A stretch of 64,000 nt of DNA, from positions 32,001 through 96,000 of the forward strand of contig CAWGZR010000003.1 of NCBI GenBank assembly GCA_963827165.1, read 5' to 3'. Each line of letters starts with the position of its first letter. Positions within the stretch are counted from its first letter, which is position 1. The position numbers and the translations under genes were made by a program. The DNA is from Candidatus Bathyarchaeota archaeon. Lineage in GTDB: Archaea > Thermoproteota > Bathyarchaeia > Bathyarchaeales > Bathycorpusculaceae. The notes beneath the pieces are model-generated. The model saw only the letters and a list, made by a program, of their open reading frames with translations. It was not told where the DNA came from and searched no databases. Of this stretch, positions 41,847-51,187 are shown piece by piece.

Positions 41847-42114
41847 AAAACAACGCTAAATTCGCTACTTCTTTTCGGGTAATGACAGCAAAACACGCCA
41901 GCGACTCCAAAACATGGGCTAAACTCAAAAAGAAATAACTTTTAAAGTTTAAGCAAAGGGACTCAGACTGTTTCAAGACTGTGTAAAAACTATTTTTAAT
42001 TTCAGAAAAATGCTTGTTTTATGTGAATAATTTTGGTTACAAGATGCTATTTATACACATATAGAGCAACTTTTTGGACGCGATTTTAGTTTTCACACAG
42101 GCTGTTTCGGGGGT

Positions 42115-42134
42115 AAGCCCGGTCCGGCCCACCA
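42115..42134 (+). other. tRNA 3'-end fragment with CCA, att-like scar
   Basis: AAGC-CCGGT-CCGGCCC-A-CCA = end of T-loop, T-stem strand, acceptor strand, discriminator, CCA; no 5' half upstream. Confidence 0.55.
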
Positions 42135-42145
42135 CTAATGCCTCT

Positions 42146-42580
42146 TCATTTGAGATCACTTAGACGCGCGGCAGCCGCAAGTTTTTTCATCTTAGTTCTT
42201 CTGCCGAACATGTTCCTAACTTGCTCTTCTGTCATCGCAACCACGATAGTCGTCGGTTTACCTTCCCAACTACTGTCAACTTCCAGCAACTGAATTTCCT
42301 GCGTCAATTCATTGGTAATGATGCTGAACTCCGCGACGCTAAGTTCACCCATAAGAAAAGTCACTGGAAAGTCCTCCGAGATATCCTCGACAAACACCTT
42401 CTTTCCGGTCTTCTTGTTTCTGAAAGAGTCCATCTCCATTTCCTCATCGGTTCCTTGGAACTCCCAACTTTCGCTCGTCAGGAACTCGCGAACTCTGGAA
42501 TGGGTCACCGCTATTTTGAACACGTTTTCTGCTTTCAAGACCAACGCCTCTCCCAATCTCTTATTGCATACTTTAACCAA
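42146..42580 (-). CDS. Hypothetical protein
   Basis: 144-aa acidic ORF, no recognisable motif. Confidence 0.45.
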   Translation of the reverse strand: MVKVCNKRLGEALVLKAENVFKIAVTHSRVREFLTSESWEFQGTDEEMEMDSFRNKKTGKKVFVEDISEDFPVTFLMGELSVAEFSIITNELTQEIQLLEVDSSWEGKPTTIVVAMTEEQVRNMFGRRTKMKKLAAAARLSDLK

Positions 42581-42746
42581 ATAATAATATGTCGCTTGTA
42601 TCGTACGCGGACGCTATTCTAACCTATCAAGGCTTATGAGGCTCGTACATTAAACCAAAGGCTGCTGGGTTTGCATCGATTATTTCATGGGTTTTTCGGT
42701 CCATGACAATGATTCTTGAATGAACTGAATTTAGAAGCGTTTCAAA

Positions 42747-44354
42747 CTATGTCTTGTTGTTCTCAAGTTCTTTTTCTGCTTCTTTGCAGTCAATTATTTC
42801 GCGGATTGCGGTTACTCTTGCTGGACGATCTTTGAAGGTTATGCACCTAGCTCGTACTTCAACCGGAAAAACGGAACCATCTTTTCTCTTCGCTAAATGC
42901 TCGTAAGGTCCTTCGACCATTTTCTTCATGTTAGCCATTACGAGATTCAACGATTCTGGAGCGACAAAATCGGATACACTTGCCCCGACAAGTTCGTTTT
43001 CTTCGTATCTGACCATCTTCGCAAATTGCTCATTGACGTCTAAGATCTTGCCTTCCTGGCTGATCACGATTCCTTCAAAAGTGGCAGAGGATAAGCTGCG
43101 ATAACGTTCCTGACTTTCCATCAAAGCATCTTCAGCTTTTTTTCGCTCTGTTATGTCTATGACTGATCCTTCCAAGATGCCTTTTTCTGGACAAATGTTA
43201 ATCGAACCAGTGCAAGCTTTTATCTCGCCTTGCTTGTTTAACAACTTGCATTCAAAGCCGTTTATCCGGCCATTGATTTGAAGCAAGCGAAGCATTTCTT
43301 GCCTTTCAAGAGGGTCAGCCCAATGAATTATTGATGGGTTACCTTTCACCTCTTCTTGGGACCGGTTGAAAATTTTGAGAAACTTTTCGTTGCATTCAAG
43401 GATTTCGGATCCATCGATCTTTGTTCTGAACATTCCAGCTTCAGCGTTGTCGAAAATGCTTCGATATTTTGATTCGCTTTCAACCAGTTTTATTTCGATG
43501 TTTTTACGCTGCGTAATGTCCAGAAAGACGCCTTGTACAACTCGCTGACCGTTGTACTCTATGAGACTGCTACAAACCTCAAGCCAAGTCATTGAGCCAT
43601 CCTTTCGTATTCCTTTAAATTCATACGCTGCTTCCTCTTGTTTTTCTCCTGCCAATCGTTGGCTTAACCGTTTCAGGAAATTTTCTCTATCATCTGGATG
43701 AATCAGCTTCGCAATTTCAGCGGGCGAAAAAGCAAATAGTTCCTGACTTGAAAAACCTGTCATTTTTTCCATTGCGAAGTTGGCGAAGACAATGCGTGGC
43801 GGAGGCCCCTGAACAATAATTACTCCTTGAACCATGTCTTCTATAAGTCTACGATATTTCCGTTCAGAATCAGCAAGCAGTTTTTTCGATCGCCTGCGAT
43901 CTAATGTTTTGTAAAGAGCGTCTGATAATTCGCCATAAACCGTTTCTGGGCAGCCTTGCTTATTGATGTAGGCATCTGCCCCGAGGTTTAGGGCTTTTAT
44001 CGCTACCTCCTCTCTTCCTTTTCCAGTGAATAGTATAAAGGGAATTTCGTTTTTGCTTTCCCTTAGTTCTTTCAAGAATTCTAGTCCATTTTTCTGAGGC
44101 ATTTCATAATCGGAAACAATCACGTCATAATAGCATGCTTCAAGTTTCCTCAATGCTTCTTGGACGCAGACGGCGTGATCAATTTCGAAATTGCCAATGT
44201 CTATTAAAATCTGCTTCGAAATTTCTAGAATTGAGGTGTCATCGTCAACATGCAAAATATGGATGCGATCAGTCAAACTTGAAGAACCCAAATGTGTCAA
44301 ATTCACGTTAATTTGTTGCTGCTGATTTGTAGTTTGCAATAGCGTGGCTTCCAA
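42747..44354 (-). CDS. Receiver domain + three PAS domains, no kinase domain
   Basis: ILHVDDD, VSDYEMP, FTGKG, INK; three PAS/PAC blocks (RKDGS, DIT.RK). Confidence 0.88.
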   Translation of the reverse strand: MEATLLQTTNQQQQINVNLTHLGSSSLTDRIHILHVDDDTSILEISKQILIDIGNFEIDHAVCVQEALRKLEACYYDVIVSDYEMPQKNGLEFLKELRESKNEIPFILFTGKGREEVAIKALNLGADAYINKQGCPETVYGELSDALYKTLDRRRSKKLLADSERKYRRLIEDMVQGVIIVQGPPPRIVFANFAMEKMTGFSSQELFAFSPAEIAKLIHPDDRENFLKRLSQRLAGEKQEEAAYEFKGIRKDGSMTWLEVCSSLIEYNGQRVVQGVFLDITQRKNIEIKLVESESKYRSIFDNAEAGMFRTKIDGSEILECNEKFLKIFNRSQEEVKGNPSIIHWADPLERQEMLRLLQINGRINGFECKLLNKQGEIKACTGSINICPEKGILEGSVIDITERKKAEDALMESQERYRSLSSATFEGIVISQEGKILDVNEQFAKMVRYEENELVGASVSDFVAPESLNLVMANMKKMVEGPYEHLAKRKDGSVFPVEVRARCITFKDRPARVTAIREIIDCKEAEKELENNKT

Positions 44355-44692
44355 TCTAACGAAATCTGAATGGATTAATTATAAAGATATTATGAATCGA
44401 AAATACTTAGTAGGAATTTCTTGACAAATATGCGTTTAATCAAGGTTGTACCCATGATAACCCTCATTCGATCTGAAGGCTAATAGGCTTCTTTTGATAA
44501 ATGTAAAATATTCATTACGGGGTTCGTTAGGTCAGTGGTTTTATGGAATGGTCCGGCTTAAAGGGATTGTTTGTGTAGCTTTGAAATTGCGGAAGACCTC
44601 ACGGCATGTCATCGCGATATTTGAGGAGAGGGTTCATCCATAGCGAAGCCGTGATTGCTTTTGAGCTCTAAGAGAGACTAAGAATGCACATT

Positions 44693-45457
44693 TCAAAACT
44701 TGCCGTTTGAATTCTTCCATTCTTCACGTGGAGGAATTGGTTGCATGGTATCCCAATGTTCAGCGATTTTGCCATTTTGTATTCTGTATAAGTCATAATA
44801 CGAGGATGGCTTGTCGCCGAAGGTACCTTCCGAAACGACGAGTACAAAATTTCCTTCTCCTAAAATTTTATGAACCTTAGTGAACTTCACAGCTAACCCC
44901 TGCGATGCCAAAGCCTCCAATCCGGCTAACAACCCCGTAAGATTATCAGCAACTGATGGATTATGTTGTATGTACTTATCTCCATCAAAATAGTTCGTGA
45001 ACTTCTCCTTGCGCCAATTGAGTAGGTTATCCGTAAAACTTTGTATAAGTGCTTTGTTCGCTTCTGTTTTGTCAATGTCCGAAACGTCGGTTGGTCCGTC
45101 TGTCATGGTGTGTCCGCTGGGGCTTGGTTTTGCAGCTTTCGGCTGAAAATTGTCCCAGTGCTCCACAATTTTTTCATCTTCAAAACGGAAGATATCAAAG
45201 CCTACTAAAGAAACATTTGGGACGCTGAACTCTGAGTGCACAAATACAAAATTTTCATCTTGAAACGCACGTATTGGATTGACTTTAAACGAAATTTTCT
45301 TGTTAATCGCTCTGCGCTCAATTAATCCTTCAATGCCATCTTTCAATGTTAGATTGTGCTGAGTGTAATTGTGGGGGTTTATGTACGAAAGCGGTGCGTC
45401 TTCACCTGTTTCGCCGCTCTTTAATAGTTCCAGCGCCTCTTGTTTGTAATTGTTCAT
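44693..45457 (-). CDS. Tandem SnoaL/NTF2-like domain protein
   Basis: Repeated YTQHN/YIQHN and KIVEHWD/KIAEHWD. Confidence 0.85.
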   Translation of the reverse strand: MNNYKQEALELLKSGETGEDAPLSYINPHNYTQHNLTLKDGIEGLIERRAINKKISFKVNPIRAFQDENFVFVHSEFSVPNVSLVGFDIFRFEDEKIVEHWDNFQPKAAKPSPSGHTMTDGPTDVSDIDKTEANKALIQSFTDNLLNWRKEKFTNYFDGDKYIQHNPSVADNLTGLLAGLEALASQGLAVKFTKVHKILGEGNFVLVVSEGTFGDKPSSYYDLYRIQNGKIAEHWDTMQPIPPREEWKNSNGKF

Positions 45458-45772
45458 ATTTTGTGGTACGGATTTGTGGTTCTTATTTCTTTGTGATAGC
45501 TGTAATGCACCAACAAACTACTCGTTTAATCTGCTGATTCAATCTAAGCGATTATTCATGTTGCGTGTCGATTATATTCCACCTCTCGGGTCACTGCCTG
45601 CAACAGACATACATTTCCCACACGCCATCCTGCGAAGTCACGAAAAATTTGAAGAACTATCCGTCTGACCCTAAAATTCAAAATGTATTTTGAAGCAACC
45701 TCGCTCAGTTAACCTTTTGTAAATGGTTTTTAAGGTTGATAACGATTATTTTTAGTGAGAGTGTTGGTGTTT

Positions 45773-45916
45773 TTGTCTAAAAGAGTTATTTCAAAAACAG
45801 AAAAGACTAAAGAAGGCAAGTTTCGATGCGATTTAGATGGGCAGCTTTTTGATACAAAAGCGGATTTAGATAGACATTTCCGTACAGTCCACATCGCAGA
45901 GGAAGGACTGCTGTAG
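45773..45916 (+). CDS. Small zinc-finger-like protein (C-x2-D...H-x4-H), not in the ORF track
   Basis: TTG start after GGTG; MSKRVISKTEKTKEGKFRCDLDGQLFDTKADLDRHFRTVHIAEEGLL*; TATA-like TTTTAAG upstream. Confidence 0.6.
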   Translation: MSKRVISKTEKTKEGKFRCDLDGQLFDTKADLDRHFRTVHIAEEGLL

Positions 45917-46225
45917 AGTTCTAGAACGGACTAATCTAAACTTTTTAGGCATCAATATAGCGTCATCTAGCATCCAGTGCGTACCTTCGAAACGTAACAC
46001 AAAACACAAAAAAATGACACAAAAAACCTCAACGCTGAGCACAGCTTATATACAAAACAGCGGTAGCCTGCAGTCCGTCTGTTGAAGCGTCACGTAAATC
46101 AAGCAGCCGGCTGGACAGATTCTTTAAAGCGAAGTTTAAATATGAGTTGTGGTCAACCTCGAAGTTTAACCTTATAACTCAATCACTCTTTTATTGCTGG
46201 TTTTTCTAGGACAGACAATAGTGAG

Positions 46226-46885
46226 TTGACTAATTTGGGTAACCGTTTCATTGATAGGTGGAAAAAGAAAGAAGAGCAGCCGTCGCTTGTATCGAAAGTC
46301 AAAAACGTTGTTAAACCACAGGAAAATCTCAAGGCACAAATCACTCTGGTGATTCAACGCATAGACGTTCAAACAAGAACGTTGGACAGCGCGGTGCAAC
46401 GTTTTCAAAACCGCGACGCTGACATCTTCGGTCGCGTCGTGAAAGCTTTTTCAGAACGAGATGAGGCACGAGCTCACATTCTTGCAACAGAACTCTCTGA
46501 GATACGTAAAATCGAAAAGATGCTAACAACCGCCTCATTAGCAATGCAAAGCGTATCCATGCGTCTCAACACAGTTCAAGAAATGGGCGACATCGTATCA
46601 GTTCTAAGCCCCGCCAAAAATGTTATAAACAGCATTCGTTCGGGAATGTGCGATATCATGCCTGAAGCAAGCGCAGAACTTGGAAACATCGGAAATCTTC
46701 TGGGCGACATAGTTGGCTCAACATGCCAAACCGCAGACATACAACTTAATACCGCCAGGATAGATCCTGAGACAGAAGCAATCCTGAAAGAAGCAGAAGT
46801 AGCCACAGAAAGAAAACTCAAACAACAACTACCTGAAGTAGCCCCTGACTACACAGGAAAACGACTAAGCAGCATAGAAGCCTAG
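46226..46885 (+). CDS. Snf7/ESCRT-III (CdvB-like) protein
   Basis: RF..RW N-terminus, helical hairpin, A.EL.EIRK, RL.TV.E.GD, P....V, MPEA..EL, ILKEA...ERK...LPE; likely start TTG 46235. Confidence 0.85.
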   Translation: MTNLGNRFIDRWKKKEEQPSLVSKVKNVVKPQENLKAQITLVIQRIDVQTRTLDSAVQRFQNRDADIFGRVVKAFSERDEARAHILATELSEIRKIEKMLTTASLAMQSVSMRLNTVQEMGDIVSVLSPAKNVINSIRSGMCDIMPEASAELGNIGNLLGDIVGSTCQTADIQLNTARIDPETEAILKEAEVATERKLKQQLPEVAPDYTGKRLSSIEA

Positions 46886-46933
46886 CAGCTTCTTCCCTAC
46901 TCATCCCTTTTTTGGACAAACAAAAAATAGATT

Positions 46934-47263
46934 TTAAGCTATTCTTACTATAGCCCTTTTCCTAGTGTCATTCATCTTGCTCGTCATTTCTTGAAAAACC
47001 GAATAGTTCTCTTCCATCGGCTGAGACAGGAAATAAACCGTGGAATAATGCGTTCCTACGGGGATGATCAGCTTGTTTTTCTCAAGAATTGTTAAATGAT
47101 GGCGAATTGTTTTGTAATCGACTTTGAGCTGTGTGGCCAGTTGGTTTGCGTTTCGAGGGTTGCTTTTCACGCTTTTGATTATTTTAGCGCGTGTCTTTCC
47201 TCCTTTTGTTCCGATGATTAACCATCCGAGTAGCTGTTTGAGGGGTTGACCGTTGGTTATCAT
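46934..47263 (-). CDS. ArsR-like winged-helix transcription regulator
   Basis: GTKGGKTRAKII, NANQLA..LKVDYKTIRHHL..L. Confidence 0.88.
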   Translation of the reverse strand: MITNGQPLKQLLGWLIIGTKGGKTRAKIIKSVKSNPRNANQLATQLKVDYKTIRHHLTILEKNKLIIPVGTHYSTVYFLSQPMEENYSVFQEMTSKMNDTRKRAIVRIA

Positions 47264-47304
47264 GTGGGTTTACCTTTTTGTCCTTGCTATCTACATATCA
47301 CACT

Positions 47305-47325
47305 GCTACTATTTAAGGTAGTAGC
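47305..47325. promoter_or_regulatory. Predicted BlaI operator 1 (ArsR promoter)
   Basis: GCTACTA-N7-TAGTAGC perfect palindrome next to TATA-like TTTAAA at 47332-47337. Confidence 0.75.
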
Positions 47326-47412
47326 TGCTATTTTAAATGATAGCATGTGCACGGCGGCGATGGTCTTGGTTAGTTGGAAGTTGGGTGTCATCTGGAATAG
47401 CGTTTAAATGTG

Positions 47413-47439
47413 GTTGCTACTACCATTGATAGTAACAAC
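47413..47439. promoter_or_regulatory. Predicted BlaI operator 2 (htrA promoter)
   Basis: GTTGCTACTA-N7-TAGTAACAAC (9/10) just downstream of TTTAAAT at 47403-47409. Confidence 0.75.
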
Positions 47440-47507
47440 TATTTGTGTGAGGAGGAAACAAAACGTTACCCATACCCAAAAAACCAAAAAGGACTAAACT
47501 TGCTATT

Positions 47508-48665
47508 ATGATCGCAACAATGTTCATCATAGCAACTTTAGTCGCAGGAGTGGCCGGCTACGCAATAGGACACCCAGCCACTAATAGCCCAATTCAACCC
47601 ACCGCATCCACAACCGGATCAATCCAAACAGGTGATAACGCATTAACTGACAATACTTCGCTTCCAATTATTTATCAGGAAGTTGCGCCCTCAGTTGTGG
47701 TTGTCCAAGACTTTCAACCAGAGACAAGCATCTTCAATCAAGTTGTTTACACTCAGGTTCAAGGTTCAGGTTTCACCTACAGCCTGAACGGTCAAGATGT
47801 CATAGTCACAAATTACCATGTAGTGGATGATGCCGTTAACGTGACCGTTACCTTCCAAGATGGAAGTTCGTACACTGCAAAGGTGCTTGGCTCAGACCCT
47901 TATTCGGACCTAGCGGTACTTTCAACAACTGCACCTCAAAGCGAGCTTGTGCCTCTGACAATAGCCAGCTCATCAACCTTGCAGGTTGGAGAACAAGTAG
48001 TAGCAATTGGAAGCCCCTACGGATTAACTGGCTCCATGACAACGGGGATAGTTAGTGCCCTTAACAGAACAATAACTGAAGAAACCACAGGGGGCTACGA
48101 CATCGCGGATGTAATTCAGACAAGCACGGCAATCAACCCTGGCAACTCAGGCGGACCACTACTCAACGACCAAGGTCAAGTCATAGGCATAACCACCGCT
48201 ATAGTAAGTAACTCAGACGGCTTAGGATTCGCCATTCCTTCAGACACGATCCTTAGAGAAATCACCGACTTGTTATCTACAGGAAGTTACAGCCAACACT
48301 CGTACCTGGGGATAAGCGGAGTAGACATGACCTACGACATCGCATCAGCAATGAAAACAAGTGTAACATACGGCGTCTTGATACAGCAGGTCACAAGCGG
48401 CGGACCAGCGGATAAAGCAGGAGTCAAAGTTGGCTCTACCCAAGCAACAATTGATGGCAACCAAATAACTTTAGGCGGCGACATTATCGTAGCAATTAAC
48501 GGAAACCGAGTTAGGACATCCGACGATTTGTCAAGTTACCTAGAAGAATACACATCGCCGGGGCAGACCGTCAGCTTGACAGTAATCAGGAACGGCCAGA
48601 ACACAAGCATTTCAGTCGTCTTAGGCACTAGGCCCGCTCCGTCTGTTGATGGAATGTCATCCTAA
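47508..48665 (+). CDS. HtrA/DegP-family serine protease with PDZ domain
   Basis: N-terminal TM, GSGF, TNYHVV, DLAVL, AINPGNSGGPL, PDZ. Confidence 0.94.
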   Translation: MIATMFIIATLVAGVAGYAIGHPATNSPIQPTASTTGSIQTGDNALTDNTSLPIIYQEVAPSVVVVQDFQPETSIFNQVVYTQVQGSGFTYSLNGQDVIVTNYHVVDDAVNVTVTFQDGSSYTAKVLGSDPYSDLAVLSTTAPQSELVPLTIASSSTLQVGEQVVAIGSPYGLTGSMTTGIVSALNRTITEETTGGYDIADVIQTSTAINPGNSGGPLLNDQGQVIGITTAIVSNSDGLGFAIPSDTILREITDLLSTGSYSQHSYLGISGVDMTYDIASAMKTSVTYGVLIQQVTSGGPADKAGVKVGSTQATIDGNQITLGGDIIVAINGNRVRTSDDLSSYLEEYTSPGQTVSLTVIRNGQNTSISVVLGTRPAPSVDGMSS

Positions 48666-48667
48666 AT

Positions 48668-48701
48668 GGGGTCGAGGTCCATTCCCCTTCTTTCTTTTGT
48701 T
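48668..48701 (+). terminator. Hairpin plus T-tract terminator after htrA
   Basis: GGGG...CCCC followed by TTCTTTCTTTTGTT. Confidence 0.45.
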
Positions 48702-48740
48702 AATTGAGTTGATTGGTGTTTGTTGCGAAAGCTTAAAGAG

Positions 48741-48759
48741 CTACTAAGGTTGGTAGTAG
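48741..48759. promoter_or_regulatory. Predicted BlaI operator 3 (autoregulatory)
   Basis: CTACTA-N7-TAGTAG just after TATA-like CTTAAA at 48732-48737 and immediately before the blaI-like gene. Confidence 0.8.
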
Positions 48760-48760
48760 T

Positions 48761-49222
48761 GTGGTTCACGCTATGACAGAAGACAAAAAACCCGAGTTCT
48801 CACAATACAACATAGACGGCAAAGCACTAGAAGCATTCCTAGGGCCGCTAGAAGCCAACGTCATGGAATCAATCTGGGGTTGGAGGAAAACGCCCGTCAC
48901 AGTGAGAGAAATCTTTGAAGCACTCAAAAAAACCAGAGGCTTAGCCTATACGACCGTAATGTCTACTATGGATAGGTTGTTTGAGAAGCATCTTCTTGAC
49001 CGCAAAATAGAGAAGGGCAGAGGTGGACTCTTCTATGTTTATTGGCCAGCGCTTGAGAAGCAGTCCTTTCAAAAATCCGCTGTTCGCGAGGTTCTTTCAA
49101 GCCTTATTGACAATTTTGGCGAAGTGGTTGCTAACTGTTTAGTCGACGAAACAAGTTTAACCGAAGAAGAACGTACTGCCCTAAAAGATCAATTGAACAA
49201 GAACATATCTATGAAGAAGTAA
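48761..49222 (+). CDS. BlaI/MecI/CopY-family repressor
   Basis: LGPLEANVM..IW, TVREI, LAYTTVMSTMDRL..K..L.R; likely ATG start at 48773. Confidence 0.92.
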   Translation: MVHAMTEDKKPEFSQYNIDGKALEAFLGPLEANVMESIWGWRKTPVTVREIFEALKKTRGLAYTTVMSTMDRLFEKHLLDRKIEKGRGGLFYVYWPALEKQSFQKSAVREVLSSLIDNFGEVVANCLVDETSLTEEERTALKDQLNKNISMKK

Positions 49223-49241
49223 ATTTGGACGGTGCATTCGA

Positions 49242-50669
49242 ATGGGTTTTGAAGGCGTCCTGAACCAGATCTTTCAACCATATTTCTACTATTCAGTCAT
49301 ATTCCTCGTTGTTTCGTTTTTATGCGTCAAAATCCTAACTAAGTACTGCAGCTTTATTGGTCAAAGAACAAAAAGCCTCCTATACATTATCCCATTAGTA
49401 CTTCCTTTGGCCGTCATGCTTGCCGCTTTCCCATCGACAGCAATCCAAACGAGCTACCAGCAAATCAAGGCCATAACAGTAACCAGCACGGCATCTGTCG
49501 GTCCATTTCTTTTGCCTGCCACACACACATTATACATGCCGATCACTCTAACAAGCACCGTAATTTCGGTGACAGGGATAGTATGCTATATCGGGTTGAT
49601 TGCAGGCGCAGTATTTGCTTTCTCGATGGTTCTTGCCGATGATCGATTAGCCCGAAGAGTTCTACACGTGATCCTGCTGTCGCCTGAAGAGCATCCTTGG
49701 CTGCAGGTGAAGGTAGCTGAATCGTCCAAAAAATTAGCCATCGCCGCGCCCAAAATCGGAGTGGTTGAAGATTTGCGACCTAACGCGTTCACAATTGGGT
49801 ACGGTCGAAAAGCAACAATCGTTTTCTCAATCGGGCTACTTAACATATTGAGCAAAGATGAAGTCGTCGCTGTCGCTTCTCATGAGTTGGCACACGTTAA
49901 AAATAATGATTTCTTCTTCAAGGTCATATCTAATGCCCTGACAACTGTTTCGTTTTTCAACCCGCTCTCGTATATTTCGTCTTCATGTGCTCAGCGAGAG
50001 AGGGAGATGCTTGCCGATGAACGGGCAATTGAACTTCTTGAAAAACCTTCAACTTTAGGAGACGCTCTCGCAAAGATCTGCAAGGCGATCCAGAACCTGC
50101 CAAAAGAAAGCGTTCTAATCAATTTCTCGTCGAATCTTCTTGTCTCCTCTTCAGTTCTGCATAGAGTTGGAATACTTTCAACCCACCCGAGATTAGACAC
50201 GAGGCTTAGGCACATCTCTGCGCCTAAACCAAAAAGCAAACGCTGGAGCCGCTACAACATACATGTGACTCTTCTGCTTTCTCTTCTTTTGATTTTATCC
50301 GCCATCGTAGTGGGTTTGGCAATGGCTGATGTGCAATTGAATTTCACCGCGGATTTGAAAGCTGCGCGGTACGTCCCAAGTGTTCTTGGCAATGTCCAGG
50401 GCTTGGATTACCAGATGGGTTCAAGTAACGTCACGATGTTCCCAGACGTCTTTACTTCGCCTTTCAACGGATCTCAAACAGCGCATGTGTTGCTTTATAG
50501 TCCTATTCCGACAGAGAATACCTGCGACAGTTATTCATACATGGGTTATGCTGGTTTCAACGCGCAGCAAACTCCCGAGGGAGGGCTTGTAGTGGTACCT
50601 CCGCAGAGTTTTTCGTATGCTGAGATGCGGGCATCTGTTAGTCCACCTGGCGCTGTATGGATAGGGTAG
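49242..50669 (+). CDS. M56/M48 (BlaR1/HtpX-like) membrane zinc peptidase
   Basis: TM segments, PNAF, HELAH, REMLADE, STHP; adjacent to blaI-like gene. Confidence 0.88.
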   Translation: MGFEGVLNQIFQPYFYYSVIFLVVSFLCVKILTKYCSFIGQRTKSLLYIIPLVLPLAVMLAAFPSTAIQTSYQQIKAITVTSTASVGPFLLPATHTLYMPITLTSTVISVTGIVCYIGLIAGAVFAFSMVLADDRLARRVLHVILLSPEEHPWLQVKVAESSKKLAIAAPKIGVVEDLRPNAFTIGYGRKATIVFSIGLLNILSKDEVVAVASHELAHVKNNDFFFKVISNALTTVSFFNPLSYISSSCAQREREMLADERAIELLEKPSTLGDALAKICKAIQNLPKESVLINFSSNLLVSSSVLHRVGILSTHPRLDTRLRHISAPKPKSKRWSRYNIHVTLLLSLLLILSAIVVGLAMADVQLNFTADLKAARYVPSVLGNVQGLDYQMGSSNVTMFPDVFTSPFNGSQTAHVLLYSPIPTENTCDSYSYMGYAGFNAQQTPEGGLVVVPPQSFSYAEMRASVSPPGAVWIG

Positions 50670-50718
50670 ACCCTTCTGCTGCTAACCCTGAAAAGGAAAT
50701 AGAGTTCGCGTTTTCCAC

Positions 50719-50985
50719 AAATTTTTTTCTTTGTGTTTTAAGTTGGTTTTTTGCTTTGGGGCTTGGATTGGTCGCAACTGGTCTCTAAAAACATCTATAA
50801 ACATCTAAAAAGATCTAAAAACATCCATAAACGTCTAGAAACATCTAAGAACATCGCATTGGGCGAATTTTAGTTACATGCTTCCGATAAGGAAAATTTT
50901 TTTGTCTGCATTTTTGGTTGCTTTTTTGGTTTGGGGCTTGGATCAGTTGTAAATTGCGGTTAGAAATGGTTGAGAATGGTTAAAG
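50719..50985. repeat. Two 50-bp direct repeats, each followed by a 10-bp tandem array
   Basis: 50719-50768 vs 50894-50943 (42/50 identical); ACATCTAAAA-like x~7 (50783-50855); ATGGTTAGAA-like x3 (50956-50985). Confidence 0.85.
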
Positions 50986-51187
50986 TCCAAAATAATCTAA
51001 AAAGCAATACCTGTCAACGGTAATAGAAAACAAAAAAGAAGCCCTAAGAGGTCCGGTTGATGAGACAACTTAAATCTTTGGAGCAGAAGATTCCTTTTGT
51101 CTTTGATTTACTGCCGGTTAAGGCTTTCATTGCCTGCAGAGCGTTAATTGAAAAGATGCCGTTGCCCTTCAAATCCCGCTTGATTTT

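Noticed and set aside
46233-46243. ATTTGGGTAAC shared with 54013-54023 as an ArsR operator
   Set aside because: At 46233 it coincides with the probable start codon and coding sequence; only two copies, so chance is not excluded.
47355-47375. GGCGATGG resembling the start of a fluoride riboswitch
   Set aside because: The following GTTCGCC pairing is missing and no fluoride exporter is adjacent; the ClC has GREGP rather than a CLC-F signature.
50783-50855. Possible CRISPR array
   Set aside because: 10-bp head-to-tail units with no spacers and no cas genes in the window.
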